DNA of 64,000 nucleotides from a virus: IMG/VR virus record IMGVR_UViG_3300028653_000010; one strand, 5' to 3'. Shown piece by piece: positions 18,259 to 26,833 of this stretch (position 1 is its first letter; each line of letters starts with the position of its first letter). The notes under the pieces were generated by a model. It saw only the letters and a program-made list of their open reading frames with translations, ran no database searches and was not told where the DNA came from. The position numbers and the translations under genes were made by a program.

Positions 18259-18894
18259 CTACAGGCCTAGTTCCTCGTCTACGAAATCCGGATAGTTCTG
18301 ACCAAGCTTCTTGGCAAGCTGTGACCACTGCTTGGCCTCATCTCGATACCGACCTTTGTCGGAGTCACTGGTCTCTTGCTTCACCTCATTGACAACCCAG
18401 TGAGCCTTCCCCGTCATCATCTTGTAGCAGAACTCTAGCTTCTTGACGGCCCAAATACCCAATCTCTTGGTACCCTCGAACTTGGGGAAGTCCTTCATGA
18501 ACTCAAGACACTGCTCAGCACTTGAGTATATCCCGAGGGTTCCGAACTGAACCTTGTCACTCGAATCCAAGTAGAGACAACCTGCCAACTCAGTAAACGT
18601 TGAAGCCTTTGGCTTGTTCCAAACCTCTTTTCCCGTAATCTTGGGATTCGTGGTCTGACTAAACATCCGATAGCCCTTGGTTGGGTTGAACTCTACCCAG
18701 TACCGAATCTTGCATCGAAGGCGGTAGCCGTACGGGTAGTCGTCAACCACGAAAGCATTGGTCATCGAATCATGGCCATACAACGGCTTGCTGACGCTTG
18801 CCGTCTTGTGAGTCTTGATACTCGCTTCGACGAAGCGAGTTGCAACACTATCGGCAATCAGGGCGTCTTGGAAGGCGATCAGCTCGCGAGTCAT
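18259..18894 (-). CDS. Hypothetical phage protein
   Basis: VDDYPYGYRLRC...WNKPKASTF; N-terminal SVATRF motif. Confidence 0.8.
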   Translation of the reverse strand: MTRELIAFQDALIADSVATRFVEASIKTHKTASVSKPLYGHDSMTNAFVVDDYPYGYRLRCKIRYWVEFNPTKGYRMFSQTTNPKITGKEVWNKPKASTFTELAGCLYLDSSDKVQFGTLGIYSSAEQCLEFMKDFPKFEGTKRLGIWAVKKLEFCYKMMTGKAHWVVNEVKQETSDSDKGRYRDEAKQWSQLAKKLGQNYPDFVDEELGL

Positions 18895-18922
18895 ACTCTG
18901 GAACCTACCATAAGAGGTTTAG

Positions 18923-18995
18923 AGCGGGTAGCGGGGATCGAACCCGCCGGGTCTTCGTTGGCAACGAAGCACCTCACCATTGAGGAGTTACCCGC
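18923..18995 (-). tRNA. tRNA-Gly(GCC)
   Basis: Cloverleaf, loop UUGCCAA. Confidence 0.9.
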
Positions 18996-19131
18996 ATAGA
19001 AAGACGAAAGCCCGACTTGCATCGGGCTTCGCTAGGGGCGGCCGTTCCCGGCTACCCTCCACCACTACTCAACGATGGCCCGTTGAGTAGGAGACAACCC
19101 TAGCATGAAGTTTTTCGGAATACAAGGATTG

Positions 19132-19207
19132 TGGAGCCCAGGATCGGAATCGAACCGATGACCTCATCCTTACCAAGGATGCGCACTACCAACTGTGCTA
19201 CATGGGC
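19132..19207 (-). tRNA. tRNA-Thr(GGT)
   Basis: Cloverleaf, loop UUGGUAA, CCA. Confidence 0.93.
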
Positions 19208-19211
19208 ATAG

Positions 19212-19691
19212 TTACTCTAAAGTGATGATCAAACGAACGGGGAAACCATGTTTTTTGTACATCCCTTTGTCGAAGTAGTCTTTCCTAGCTTGCAGGATCT
19301 TTATAGTCAACTCACTGGGCGGTATGTCATCCCAGTTCCTATGGGATACGGACAACCTGAGGAGCTGCCAAGCTCGGAGGGTAAGCCAAGCCGGCCTTTG
19401 CCAAAGCATAGGGAGAATTGAACCATCCCTGGGACTTCGGAACCCCCACTTGAAGAACTCATCAAATCGAGCCTTCAAGTCAATGTCCTCACCGCCCCAA
19501 TAGGACCCGTCCTCGTTCTCAAACCTGAATACAATGTACTCAGCTTTCTGATCAGGCACGAAGCCATCAGGGAAGAAAGACTTGAACTCTTTTGCTAGAG
19601 GTGAGTCCTCATCATTATTAGGTTTCTGGTGGAAACCCTCTGAGAGAGGGAACACCCACTTAGTGTCGGAGAGTGCCGCTTGATCAGCCAT
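19212..19691 (-). CDS. Hypothetical protein
   Basis: 159-aa ORF coupled to the upstream gene. Confidence 0.7.
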   Translation of the reverse strand: MADQAALSDTKWVFPLSEGFHQKPNNDEDSPLAKEFKSFFPDGFVPDQKAEYIVFRFENEDGSYWGGEDIDLKARFDEFFKWGFRSPRDGSILPMLWQRPAWLTLRAWQLLRLSVSHRNWDDIPPSELTIKILQARKDYFDKGMYKKHGFPVRLIITLE

Positions 19692-20028
19692 TGGCTTCTA
19701 TTGCCTTCTTGTGAACGCTAAAGCCAAGTAGTTTGTCGTGGTCCTCATCGTCGTAGTTCCCACAGACATACCCGATTGAGTCTGTACCCGGAATAACACC
19801 CACGAAGCCATTGAGGAGACCGAGGATGCTCATTGTCGGAGGGTCCCCTGGGGACACTTGGACCGTTGGGTGGTCTGCCATAGCCTCGTTCACCGGTACT
19901 CGATGAGCGAACAGGGACTTGATAGCCTCAGGGTCAGTCTTGAAGCACTCGTTGAGGAAGGTGACGAGGTGCTCAGCAAAAAGCTTACGATCGTTTGGTA
20001 GCTCTAGAAAGTCCATTCGGTATACCAC
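19684..20028 (-). CDS. Hypothetical phage protein
   Basis: HRVPVNEAMADHPTVQV...LGLLNG; start follows GGTGTA. Confidence 0.75.
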   Translation of the reverse strand: MVYRMDFLELPNDRKLFAEHLVTFLNECFKTDPEAIKSLFAHRVPVNEAMADHPTVQVSPGDPPTMSILGLLNGFVGVIPGTDSIGYVCGNYDDEDHDKLLGFSVHKKAIEANG

Positions 20029-20055
20029 ACTGACCAGTACACCGAGAGGGTTAGG

Positions 20056-20130
20056 CTCCGGGGGCTGGGCTCTAACCAGCATTTCTGGCGAATCAGGCCA
20101 GTGTCCTTAGTTCGATTGGACGACCCTGGA
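20056..20130 (-). tRNA. Aberrant Gln-type tRNA (loop CUGAUUC, T-loop UUAGAGC)
   Basis: U1-A72, G73, full cloverleaf, non-canonical anticodon and T loops. Confidence 0.65.
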
Positions 20131-20131
20131 A

Positions 20132-20177
20132 ATGTAGTTCCACCGGCATTCTCATACGAGACAAGGGGTGATGAAAC
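20132..20177 (-). ncRNA. Circularly permuted Ro60-binding-type hairpin preceding the aberrant tRNA
   Basis: CUUG-UCUC-GUAU-GAGA-AUG...UACA, closed by GUUUCAUC/GGUGGAAC. Confidence 0.65.
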
Positions 20178-20179
20178 AG

Positions 20180-20252
20180 AGCGGGAGAAGGGAATCGAAC
20201 CCTCGACATTTTGCTTGGGAAGCAAATACTCTACCAACTGAGCTACTCCCGC
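20180..20252 (-). tRNA. tRNA-Gly(CCC)
   Basis: Cloverleaf, loop UUCCCAA. Confidence 0.92.
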
Positions 20253-20258
20253 ATTGAT

Positions 20259-20334
20259 TGGAGCTGGTGATGGGACTTGAACCCGCAACCCCCTGCTTAC
20301 AAGGCAGGAGCTCTACCAATTGAGCTACACCAGC
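20259..20334 (-). tRNA. tRNA-Thr(TGT)
   Basis: Cloverleaf, loop CUUGUAA, CCA. Confidence 0.92.
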
Positions 20335-20340
20335 ATATTG

Positions 20341-20413
20341 TGGAGCTGAAGAGATTCGAACTCTCAATCTTTCCCGTGCGAGGGAAACGCTTTCCCAACT
20401 AAGCTACAGCCCC
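20341..20413 (-). tRNA. tRNA-Ala(CGC)
   Basis: Cloverleaf, G3:U70, loop CUCGCAC. Confidence 0.92.
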
Positions 20414-20491
20414 ATAATGCTAATCAAGTGTGGCGATGCTACCCTCACTCTTACCAGCTCTCCGTACAAGAGAGGCGACCTACTTGATTAG

Positions 20492-20566
20492 TGGTGGAAC
20501 CAGACGGAGTCGAACCGACGTTCCTAGCTTGCAAAGCTAGTGTCCTCCCGATTGGACGATGGCCCC
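20492..20566 (-). tRNA. tRNA-Ala(TGC)
   Basis: Cloverleaf, G3:U70, loop UUUGCAA, CCA. Confidence 0.92.
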
Positions 20567-20569
20567 ATA

Positions 20570-20713
20570 TCAATTGTTCTGATCCGGACGCTGACAATCA
20601 AGGTCATGATGAAGATACTCACCTTGATGGCACCAACCATTGCAATAACCACAAACTTGAACGTTTGGTTCCTTCTTGGGTTCAGCCTTCGGCTGATTCA
20701 AGATCTCTTCCAT
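20570..20713 (-). CDS. Small Cys/His-rich protein
   Basis: MEEILN...CGYC...HHDLDC with GAGG upstream. Confidence 0.5.
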   Translation of the reverse strand: MEEILNQPKAEPKKEPNVQVCGYCNGWCHQGEYLHHDLDCQRPDQNN

Positions 20714-20744
20714 AGTAACCTCAGCTAAACCACAAGAAGAAGAT

Positions 20745-20990
20745 TGGTGGACGGGACGGGAATCGAACCCGCACTCAACACAAAGGGCTCTTAGGAAACG
20801 CGCTTCCCTAGCGACCGTGGATCTCACTGCCATTCGGTGCATCCGCAACCTTGCCCGAGACCATCCGGAGTTGTCTAGGTCCGAGCGACGCCCTACCTAG
20901 CTCCCCTCCCTCCTGTCTTGCGTTGGGGCCATCACAGCCCATACACATTCCGTTTTTTATGGTGCCTATCCAGTTTAGGCTATCCCGCCC
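20745..20990 (-). ncRNA. Alanine-identity tRNA-like RNA with ~170-nt internal insert
   Basis: GGGCGGG/CCCGUCC-ACCA acceptor with G3:U70, intact D arm and T arm, no normal anticodon arm. Confidence 0.8.
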
Positions 20991-20994
20991 TTAG

Positions 20995-21067
<73 letters not shown>

Positions 21068-21069
21068 AT

Positions 21070-21555
21070 TTACTTACGAATCTTAGCCATGAGCTTCTTA
21101 ATCATGCGCATCATGTGAAGCCCAACCAACTCAGGGTCTTCGATGATCTCCATGAGTTCCACAATCTTGGATAGGTTGATCCCACCCTTAAGATCACGTG
21201 GCAAGTAACTCAAATCCAACCTGAGCTTGCCCCCATGACTCCCTAGGTGCATCGCAATAGAGTCAATTGGCTGGGGCGGAGCAAAGAAGTAGAACATGTC
21301 AGTCGAGGTTTGACTCGAGTTCATCGAGTACCGGTCCCCTAGTGACCTCCTAAGTACTGAAAGAAAGCTAGGAAGAAGAGCACTAATTGATTCTCTACCC
21401 TCGTTGAGGAGCTCACGATCAATCTGCGGGTTACCCTGAAAAGATACTCTGGTCGCGTACCGATCAAAGACCCACTGTGGAATATCGGGGCGGTACCCCG
21501 ACATAGCGACCTTGAAGTTCCACCGAGCAACAATTCTTCTGATTAGGCGGTCCAC
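21070..21555 (-). CDS. Hypothetical protein with RIVARW motif
   Basis: 161-aa ORF. Confidence 0.7.
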   Translation of the reverse strand: MDRLIRRIVARWNFKVAMSGYRPDIPQWVFDRYATRVSFQGNPQIDRELLNEGRESISALLPSFLSVLRRSLGDRYSMNSSQTSTDMFYFFAPPQPIDSIAMHLGSHGGKLRLDLSYLPRDLKGGINLSKIVELMEIIEDPELVGLHMMRMIKKLMAKIRK

Positions 21556-21582
21556 CTAGTCAGTAGCTCATAGGTAAGTTAG

Positions 21583-21653
21583 TTGGGATACCAGGACTTG
21601 AACCTGGATAGACGGATTCAGAGTCCGCTGCCCTACCATTAGACGATATCCCA
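21583..21653 (-). tRNA. tRNA-Gln(CTG)
   Basis: Cloverleaf, loop CUCUGAA. Confidence 0.92.
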
Positions 21654-21659
21654 ATAGGC

Positions 21660-21851
21660 TCATAGAGTATGCATGAGCTTTTCAAACAAGTCAAGTTGAA
21701 CTACACCATTCAGCTTAGGGGGTGGTGGGTCTTCTCGAACGGGCTCACCTTGAACCGCGTGCAAGGAGTCGACCCAGCACTGATAGCTACAGTACTCAGT
21801 ACCTCGATAGACAACAGGTCGTTGTCCGCACCAAGCACAAGGATGTTTCAT
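21660..21851 (-). CDS. Small zinc-finger protein
   Basis: CAWC...YCSYQC. Confidence 0.6.
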   Translation of the reverse strand: MKHPCAWCGQRPVVYRGTEYCSYQCWVDSLHAVQGEPVREDPPPPKLNGVVQLDLFEKLMHTL

Positions 21852-21861
21852 AGATACTTTG

Positions 21862-21933
21862 CAGAGGCACGTGGACTCGAACCACGATTGGCGGTTTTGG
21901 AGACCGCTTTCCTACCAATTGAAAGATACCCCT
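21862..21933 (-). tRNA. tRNA-Trp(CCA)
   Basis: Cloverleaf, loop CUCCAAA, G73. Confidence 0.92.
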
Positions 21934-21937
21934 ATAT

Positions 21938-22492
21938 TTACACCAAGGAAGCGTAGCGTGAGACTACTTTCTTGGTAAGAAACTCATCTTCAGTGCAAGG
22001 AGACTTGCGCTCTTTCATGTCCACTTTGTGGAGCTTGAACTTGACACCGGCGCCATCGACTGCAGCCCTACAGGGTGGGATTCGATCTAACATGTCATCC
22101 CACATCTCGACGACCTCAACCGTGGGGTGCTCTGAAAGCAACCTCTTGATACACTCGACCTTGAAGTCCACAGTATCAACTCGGTCCGACAAGTGAATCT
22201 CATCGAACTTCAGACTCTTCTGCTCCAGAAGCTCATGAACCCTATCAGCGAAGACCGTCCACTGGCGACCTGTCAGTAGGACCACGTAATTGGACCTATC
22301 ACTCAGAGAGTCTCTGACGTCACTGACGGTTGATTCAATCCACCAGTCATCGGAGGGTGTCTCTGCGAGACACGGCGGGGTCATTGACTCGATACTGTAG
22401 AACCACCCAGCGGGGTCCTTCCACCAATTCGGTGGTTGGGGACTATTGAAGAGCGTCCCATCGAAGTCAAAAATACGCAGACGAAGGATCAT
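21938..22492 (-). CDS. HAD phosphatase, RNA-repair (Swiss-army-knife-like) type
   Basis: FDFDGTLF, LLTGR, FK, MWDD motifs. Confidence 0.8.
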   Translation of the reverse strand: MILRLRIFDFDGTLFNSPQPPNWWKDPAGWFYSIESMTPPCLAETPSDDWWIESTVSDVRDSLSDRSNYVVLLTGRQWTVFADRVHELLEQKSLKFDEIHLSDRVDTVDFKVECIKRLLSEHPTVEVVEMWDDMLDRIPPCRAAVDGAGVKFKLHKVDMKERKSPCTEDEFLTKKVVSRYASLV

Positions 22493-22516
22493 ACCATGGT
22501 TCTAGCATTAAAAGAT

Positions 22517-22593
22517 TGGCGCCCCCTACGGGATTTGAACCCGTCAACACCGGCGTGACAAGCCGGCTGCCTACCCAAGCAGCATCAGAGGGC
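22517..22593 (-). tRNA. tRNA-Asp(GTC)
   Basis: Cloverleaf, loop UUGUCAC, GCCA end. Confidence 0.9.
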
Positions 22594-22601
22594 AATAGTT
22601 T

Positions 22602-22729
22602 GCGGAGACAAGAATCGCAAAGACATTGTGTTCGGCTGCTCTGCCAACTGAGCTACATCCGCCGAAGCGGACGACGGGACTCGAACCCGTGACACGCTGA
22701 TTAATTGTAGTCCTTACTGCATTCTCCGC
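22602..22729 (-). ncRNA. yrlA: Y RNA, YrlA type (tRNA-mimic domain)
   Basis: GCGGAGA-AUG...CUUG-UCUCCGC stem; order T arm, UUCG-closed acceptor hairpin, D arm. Confidence 0.9.
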
Positions 22730-22731
22730 GG

Positions 22732-22804
22732 TGCCCCAGGCTGGACTCGAACCAGCGGCATTCGGTTTAGGAAACCGACACTCTATCCACTGAGCTACTG
22801 GGGC
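22732..22804 (-). tRNA. tRNA-Arg(CCT)
   Basis: Cloverleaf, loop UUCCUAA. Confidence 0.92.
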
Positions 22805-22839
22805 ATGAAAACTAAGCTAAAGCTACCGGACTTCGACCC

Positions 22840-23154
22840 TTAGACCGAGATACTCATCTCTGGTGACCCGTTATTGGTGAGTAGGTTAGCCAGAACCTGG
22901 CGCTTGTACCCAGAGTAGAAGTAATCGATCAGGATGTCGCGAGGCTTGTCCGGAATCTTAGCGACTGAGGACCTGAAGTCCCTCGTTCTGATTCTCCAGG
23001 TGGGCCGAGTTAGCAAGAATGGATTGATGTCCCTCAAGGTGAACCCAAAGAGTAAGTCTTTGGGGGTGTCATCGGAGACGACGACACATCCCGGGTTCTC
23101 TTTCACGTACACCATGATAGAGGTCATCAACTCGCGGATGTCTTCGTACACCAT
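22840..23154 (-). CDS. Hypothetical protein
   Basis: ATG 8 nt after GGTGTA. Confidence 0.6.
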   Translation of the reverse strand: MVYEDIRELMTSIMVYVKENPGCVVVSDDTPKDLLFGFTLRDINPFLLTRPTWRIRTRDFRSSVAKIPDKPRDILIDYFYSGYKRQVLANLLTNNGSPEMSISV

Positions 23155-23327
23155 CCTCGTGCTACACCAAGGTCTTGCACTTGCTCCCGTTCGGAGCAAG
23201 TGCTTGCCAGTTCTTGTTGGGTCAATCGTCTGTGGTTCCGTCGACCATCAGTCTTACGGAGCATACACATTCCGCAACAACCCTTGATACCACCTCGGCG
23301 CCGATGCCGTCTCTTGAAGTTTGCCAT
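23127..23327 (-). CDS. Small Arg-rich CxxC protein
   Basis: AGGAGG Shine-Dalgarno; MANFKRRHRRR...CGMC. Confidence 0.6.
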   Translation of the reverse strand: MANFKRRHRRRGGIKGCCGMCMLRKTDGRRNHRRLTQQELASTCSEREQVQDLGVARGWCTKTSAS

Positions 23328-23391
23328 GGTTCCTCCTTGCCGCCGTCAGCGGCTTGGTCGTGAACCAAGTAACTCTCAAGGGTATCATCAC

Positions 23392-23685
23392 TCAGACCTT
23401 ATCAACTACAAGAGATCTACGAAACCTTGCATCACCCTCTAACTTGAACTTTCCTGACAAGTCTTGGCCTGGGGGTAACTTCATTGTCCACCCGGAAGTG
23501 GCCCAGCCGTAGTGGTTGACTGTGATATCATCACCATTGACTGCTTTCACTTCAAGCTGGACTCCACGACGCATCTCTGTCCACCAGTCACCACGCTTCA
23601 CCCAAACCCTAAGAAGGTCCCCTTTGGCAAGGGTGGATGAAGCGAAACGAGCGGACACTCTGGAGATGATAGTCAGGTCTTCCAC
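23392..23685 (-). CDS. Hypothetical protein with RVSARF motif
   Basis: GTG start MEDLTIISRVSARF. Confidence 0.65.
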   Translation of the reverse strand: MEDLTIISRVSARFASSTLAKGDLLRVWVKRGDWWTEMRRGVQLEVKAVNGDDITVNHYGWATSGWTMKLPPGQDLSGKFKLEGDARFRRSLVVDKV

Positions 23686-23711
23686 ATCAGGACAATAGCA
23701 TAAGACGACTA

Positions 23712-24581
23712 TTAGAGCTTGATTTCTAAACGCTCGGGGTGTGGCTCCCAAGAGCCCAACTTGCTCCTAACCAGCCCCATGACCTGAGTAACTTCCCGAA
23801 CCTGAGCCTTCTGATGGCTGATTGCCATCTCTCGGTAACGATCCCAATCGTAAGGAGGCGTATCATTTCGGTAATATGCCTTCATGAAACCGATGACCAG
23901 AGTGTCTTCTTCGTCCCGTTCGAGTCGACCCAAGTACTCAGTCAGCCCCTTCAGTATCGGACCTAGGTGCGTGAGGTACTCCTTGGTACCCTCTGAGCTA
24001 AGCTCGAAGGGGGGCCACCCGTTGCCGAAGCACTCTCCTTGGAGGTAGCCTATGCCAGGACGCTTGTACCCGTGGAGGACGACCCCGGGCATCGACCTGT
24101 CACCCTTCTTAGCCCTGGGCAGCAGCATGAAGGCCCTGAAGCAGCATGGGCAGGTTGCCTTACCAACCCTAGCCCTCTCCTCACGCTCTTGCTTCTTCCT
24201 CTCGGTCTCAGCTTCGTAGGACTCCATCTGCAGAGCTTCGAGTACTTGATCCTGGAAGTGATTCTTCGTCAACCACTTCTCTAGGGTCTCACCCTCAGCG
24301 TTTCGAATGATGAATAGGTACTCCCTCCCGATGTAATCGAAGAAGACTCCAGTCTCGAATACAGCTCCGTTTGGGGCAGTGAACTTGGTTCCTCCCCTGA
24401 GGGGCTCGATTGTCCAACCAAGATAGTCGAAGACTGGCCATAGCTCCTTGAGTGTTTTCCCTAGCTTTGGATTCTTTCGAACCCAGAGTAAGAGCTTTGT
24501 CATCTTCTCTGGATCCAGAGGTCTCTTACGAGCAGCCGCTTGAAAACGACGGGCCACTCTCTGGACAATAGGATCTTCCAC
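23712..24581 (-). CDS. Hypothetical protein with RVARRF motif and Zn-binding motif
   Basis: CPCC...HGY...GECFG...PFELS. Confidence 0.8.
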   Translation of the reverse strand: MEDPIVQRVARRFQAAARKRPLDPEKMTKLLLWVRKNPKLGKTLKELWPVFDYLGWTIEPLRGGTKFTAPNGAVFETGVFFDYIGREYLFIIRNAEGETLEKWLTKNHFQDQVLEALQMESYEAETERKKQEREERARVGKATCPCCFRAFMLLPRAKKGDRSMPGVVLHGYKRPGIGYLQGECFGNGWPPFELSSEGTKEYLTHLGPILKGLTEYLGRLERDEEDTLVIGFMKAYYRNDTPPYDWDRYREMAISHQKAQVREVTQVMGLVRSKLGSWEPHPERLEIKL

Positions 24582-24619
24582 ACCAAGAAGTACCCTATAA
24601 GTGAAACTTGATCAAGTAG

Positions 24620-24702
24620 CGGAAGAGAGCAGAGTCGAACTGCGGTCCTTACGGGCATCCAGGTTTCCAAGCTGGCGGGCGACCACTCACCCCATCCCTT
24701 CC
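24620..24702 (-). tRNA. tRNA-Ser(GGA)
   Basis: Long variable arm, loop UUGGAAA, G73. Confidence 0.85.
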
Positions 24703-25209
24703 ATTTGTCCGATTACCCACACCACAAGTCCAAGAACCAAATAAACCAGACTCTCGAACTAATCGAAGAAATGGACTCAATAGAATCCAAGCCTCATAAG
24801 GCATATCTCTTCTTATGTAGTTACATCGTATACAACACGGTATTACATTGGACTCAAGATGCCCAAGTGAGTTACCTCTACGATCCAAAGTCATTTTAAG
24901 TGAGGTCTCACCACAATACTGACACTCTTGTGAGATTAACTTCTCGATAATCTCTTTGGTCAAGTCATTTGACCGCCCTGCCCTCCTATCTGACTGTTTA
25001 GAGTCCTTGAGTATGAACCCGGATCTGAATCTAGGATTAGCTCTTCGATCCCGATCAAGTCTATTATACATATCCCTAATTCGTTGGTTATCTCGATAGA
25101 TCTTAGCAGTACCCTCCTTCTTCAAGTAGTAGCACTTCCTACAGACAGCACTCTTATCGTAAAAAGGCTCATCTGGGGTTTCTTCTTTACCACAAGAGCA
25201 GACTCGCAT
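24649..25209 (-). CDS. HNH-like homing endonuclease (reads into tRNA-Ser)
   Basis: CQYCG...LDRRGNSLGH...NVIPCCIRCN; ATG 8 nt after GGTGTA. Confidence 0.8.
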   Translation of the reverse strand: MRVCSCGKEETPDEPFYDKSAVCRKCYYLKKEGTAKIYRDNQRIRDMYNRLDRDRRANPRFRSGFILKDSKQSDRRAGRSNDLTKEIIEKLISQECQYCGETSLKMTLDRRGNSLGHLESNVIPCCIRCNYIRRDMPYEAWILLSPFLRLVRESGLFGSWTCGVGNRTNGRDGVSGRPPAWKPGCP

Positions 25210-25225
25210 ACTAAAGTTACACCAG

Positions 25226-25310
25226 CGGAAGGCAGACGATTCGAACGCCATAGTGTTACCTACGCACCGCTCAGCAGGCGGGCTCCAGACCAGATCCAGA
25301 TTTACCTTCC
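25226..25310 (-). tRNA. tRNA-Ser(GCT)
   Basis: Long variable arm, loop CUGCUGA. Confidence 0.85.
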
Positions 25311-25319
25311 ATAAAGTTT

Positions 25320-25481
25320 GGCAGGATCTCATTATTGGGTGCGCACCCTCAGAAATCTTGCTGGATCGGACCCTCAAGACCGACTGCCATTCAGCTTCCG
25401 CTTCCCTCATCTTACAAGAGTTCAGCAGCTTCAGCCCAAGTCAGGTAACAGAGGTAAGATGATCCCTGATGATTCGGGCTT
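25320..25481 (-). ncRNA. Candidate ~160-nt structured RNA between Ser tRNAs
   Basis: UCAUCUUAC/GUAAGAUGA stem crossed by AGCCCGA/UUGGGCU; second domain closed by UGGCAG/CUGCCA. Confidence 0.5.
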
Positions 25482-25483
25482 AG

Positions 25484-25571
25484 CGGAAAGTGTAGGAATC
25501 GAACCCTTACCCCTTACGAGGTACCCACCAGTTTTCGAAGCTGGTTGCCATCCGGTTAGCTGGCACCTTCC
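25484..25571 (-). tRNA. tRNA-Ser(CGA)
   Basis: Long variable arm, loop UUCGAAA. Confidence 0.85.
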
Positions 25572-25584
25572 GTAAAATTGTGAT

Positions 25585-26355
25585 CTAAATCTCGAGATCA
25601 TCTAAAAGAGACTCTAGGTCACCTTGGATGTACTCGAAGATCGACTGGTTGCCATCAAAGTACTTAGTCACACCCTGACCAACCTTGGTCTCTACTACAT
25701 CAGTGCTAATCTCTTCAAAGTTAGATGGAAGTGCATCCTCCCACTCATCATAGTTAGTAGGAAGGTTGTGTATCCACTCCTTGAAGAAAGCGAAACTACC
25801 GTAATCATGGTCAGAAGGTGAGAAGTCTGGGATGTAGCTATGAACCTGATCCAGAGCCCTCTGTTGTTTAGAGAAGTCTAATGACTTCAACCAACTTAGA
25901 TCCTCCTCTGTAGGAGCATCCTCAGGGAATGACCCAATACGATCTATCAGATCGTTCCGATCAAAATCAACAAGTACTTTGGCTATAGGAGAATCATCAA
26001 TATCACTGTAGATATCGTCAGCATTGAAGTCATATCGTTGAAGAAGAAGCCCGATTAGCTTAAGTTCTCGCTTGAGTTCTTTTTGTAGGTTGGGTAAGTC
26101 AGAGGGATCATCTATTAAAGACTTGAATCGATGAGTGTATTCCTTGTCTAACTTCTTCAACCTAGAATCAATGTCCAGGAGTTTTCTGGTCTTATCACTC
26201 AAGGGTTTCGAGTCGAACGCTTTACTCATGGTATCTAATAAAGAGAGAGGCCCCGATAGATTCCACTCCTTGAATGTATACCAAGCTAGATTGAGTCTTC
26301 GGACATCAACCGCAGCTTTATACCTAGCAACCACCCGAGAAACTAGAGAACTCAT
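25585..26355 (-). CDS. Acidic hypothetical protein with RVVARY motif
   Basis: 256-aa ORF. Confidence 0.75.
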   Translation of the reverse strand: MSSLVSRVVARYKAAVDVRRLNLAWYTFKEWNLSGPLSLLDTMSKAFDSKPLSDKTRKLLDIDSRLKKLDKEYTHRFKSLIDDPSDLPNLQKELKRELKLIGLLLQRYDFNADDIYSDIDDSPIAKVLVDFDRNDLIDRIGSFPEDAPTEEDLSWLKSLDFSKQQRALDQVHSYIPDFSPSDHDYGSFAFFKEWIHNLPTNYDEWEDALPSNFEEISTDVVETKVGQGVTKYFDGNQSIFEYIQGDLESLLDDLEI

Positions 26356-26383
26356 ATTGTAGATCTGAATACGAAAAGAATAG

Positions 26384-26455
26384 TCGGGGTGGTCAGACTT
26401 GAACTGACGGCCTCATGCTCCCAAAGCACGCGATCTACCACTGATCTACACCCCG
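26384..26455 (-). tRNA. tRNA-Pro(TGG)
   Basis: Cloverleaf, C1-G72, loop UUUGGGA. Confidence 0.92.
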
Positions 26456-26609
26456 GTAACGATTACTCTTCTAGCACTTGGAGGGCAGGGTACCACATTA
26501 CCCATCAAGTGGTATTAGGTGCCTCACCACAGGGGCTGGCATCCGAGCCAGAGTATCACCAATGAGGGTTCCTCGTTTGAGTGACATGTTGAATAGTACA
26601 CCAAAGTTG

Positions 26610-26683
26610 TCAGGATGAGACGACTCGAACGTCCGACCCTCAGTCCCCCAGACTGATGCTCTACCAAACTGAGCTACACCCTG
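26610..26683 (-). tRNA. tRNA-Pro(GGG)
   Basis: Cloverleaf, loop CUGGGGG. Confidence 0.92.
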
Positions 26684-26689
26684 TAATTC

Positions 26690-26833
26690 GCGAAGACAAG
26701 TAGTTGAGAGAGAAACGTACGCTGTCCTGACCACTAGACGATCCCCACGTGGTCTTTGATTAGTGTGGGGAGTGAGATTCGAACTCACGTTCACGGCTCC
26801 TAATGCAATGTACTCCCTGCAGTCATTCTTCGC
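26690..26833 (-). ncRNA. yrlA: Y RNA, YrlA type (second copy)
   Basis: GCGAAGA-AUG...CUUG-UCUUCGC stem; T arm, looped acceptor hairpin, D arm. Confidence 0.9.
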
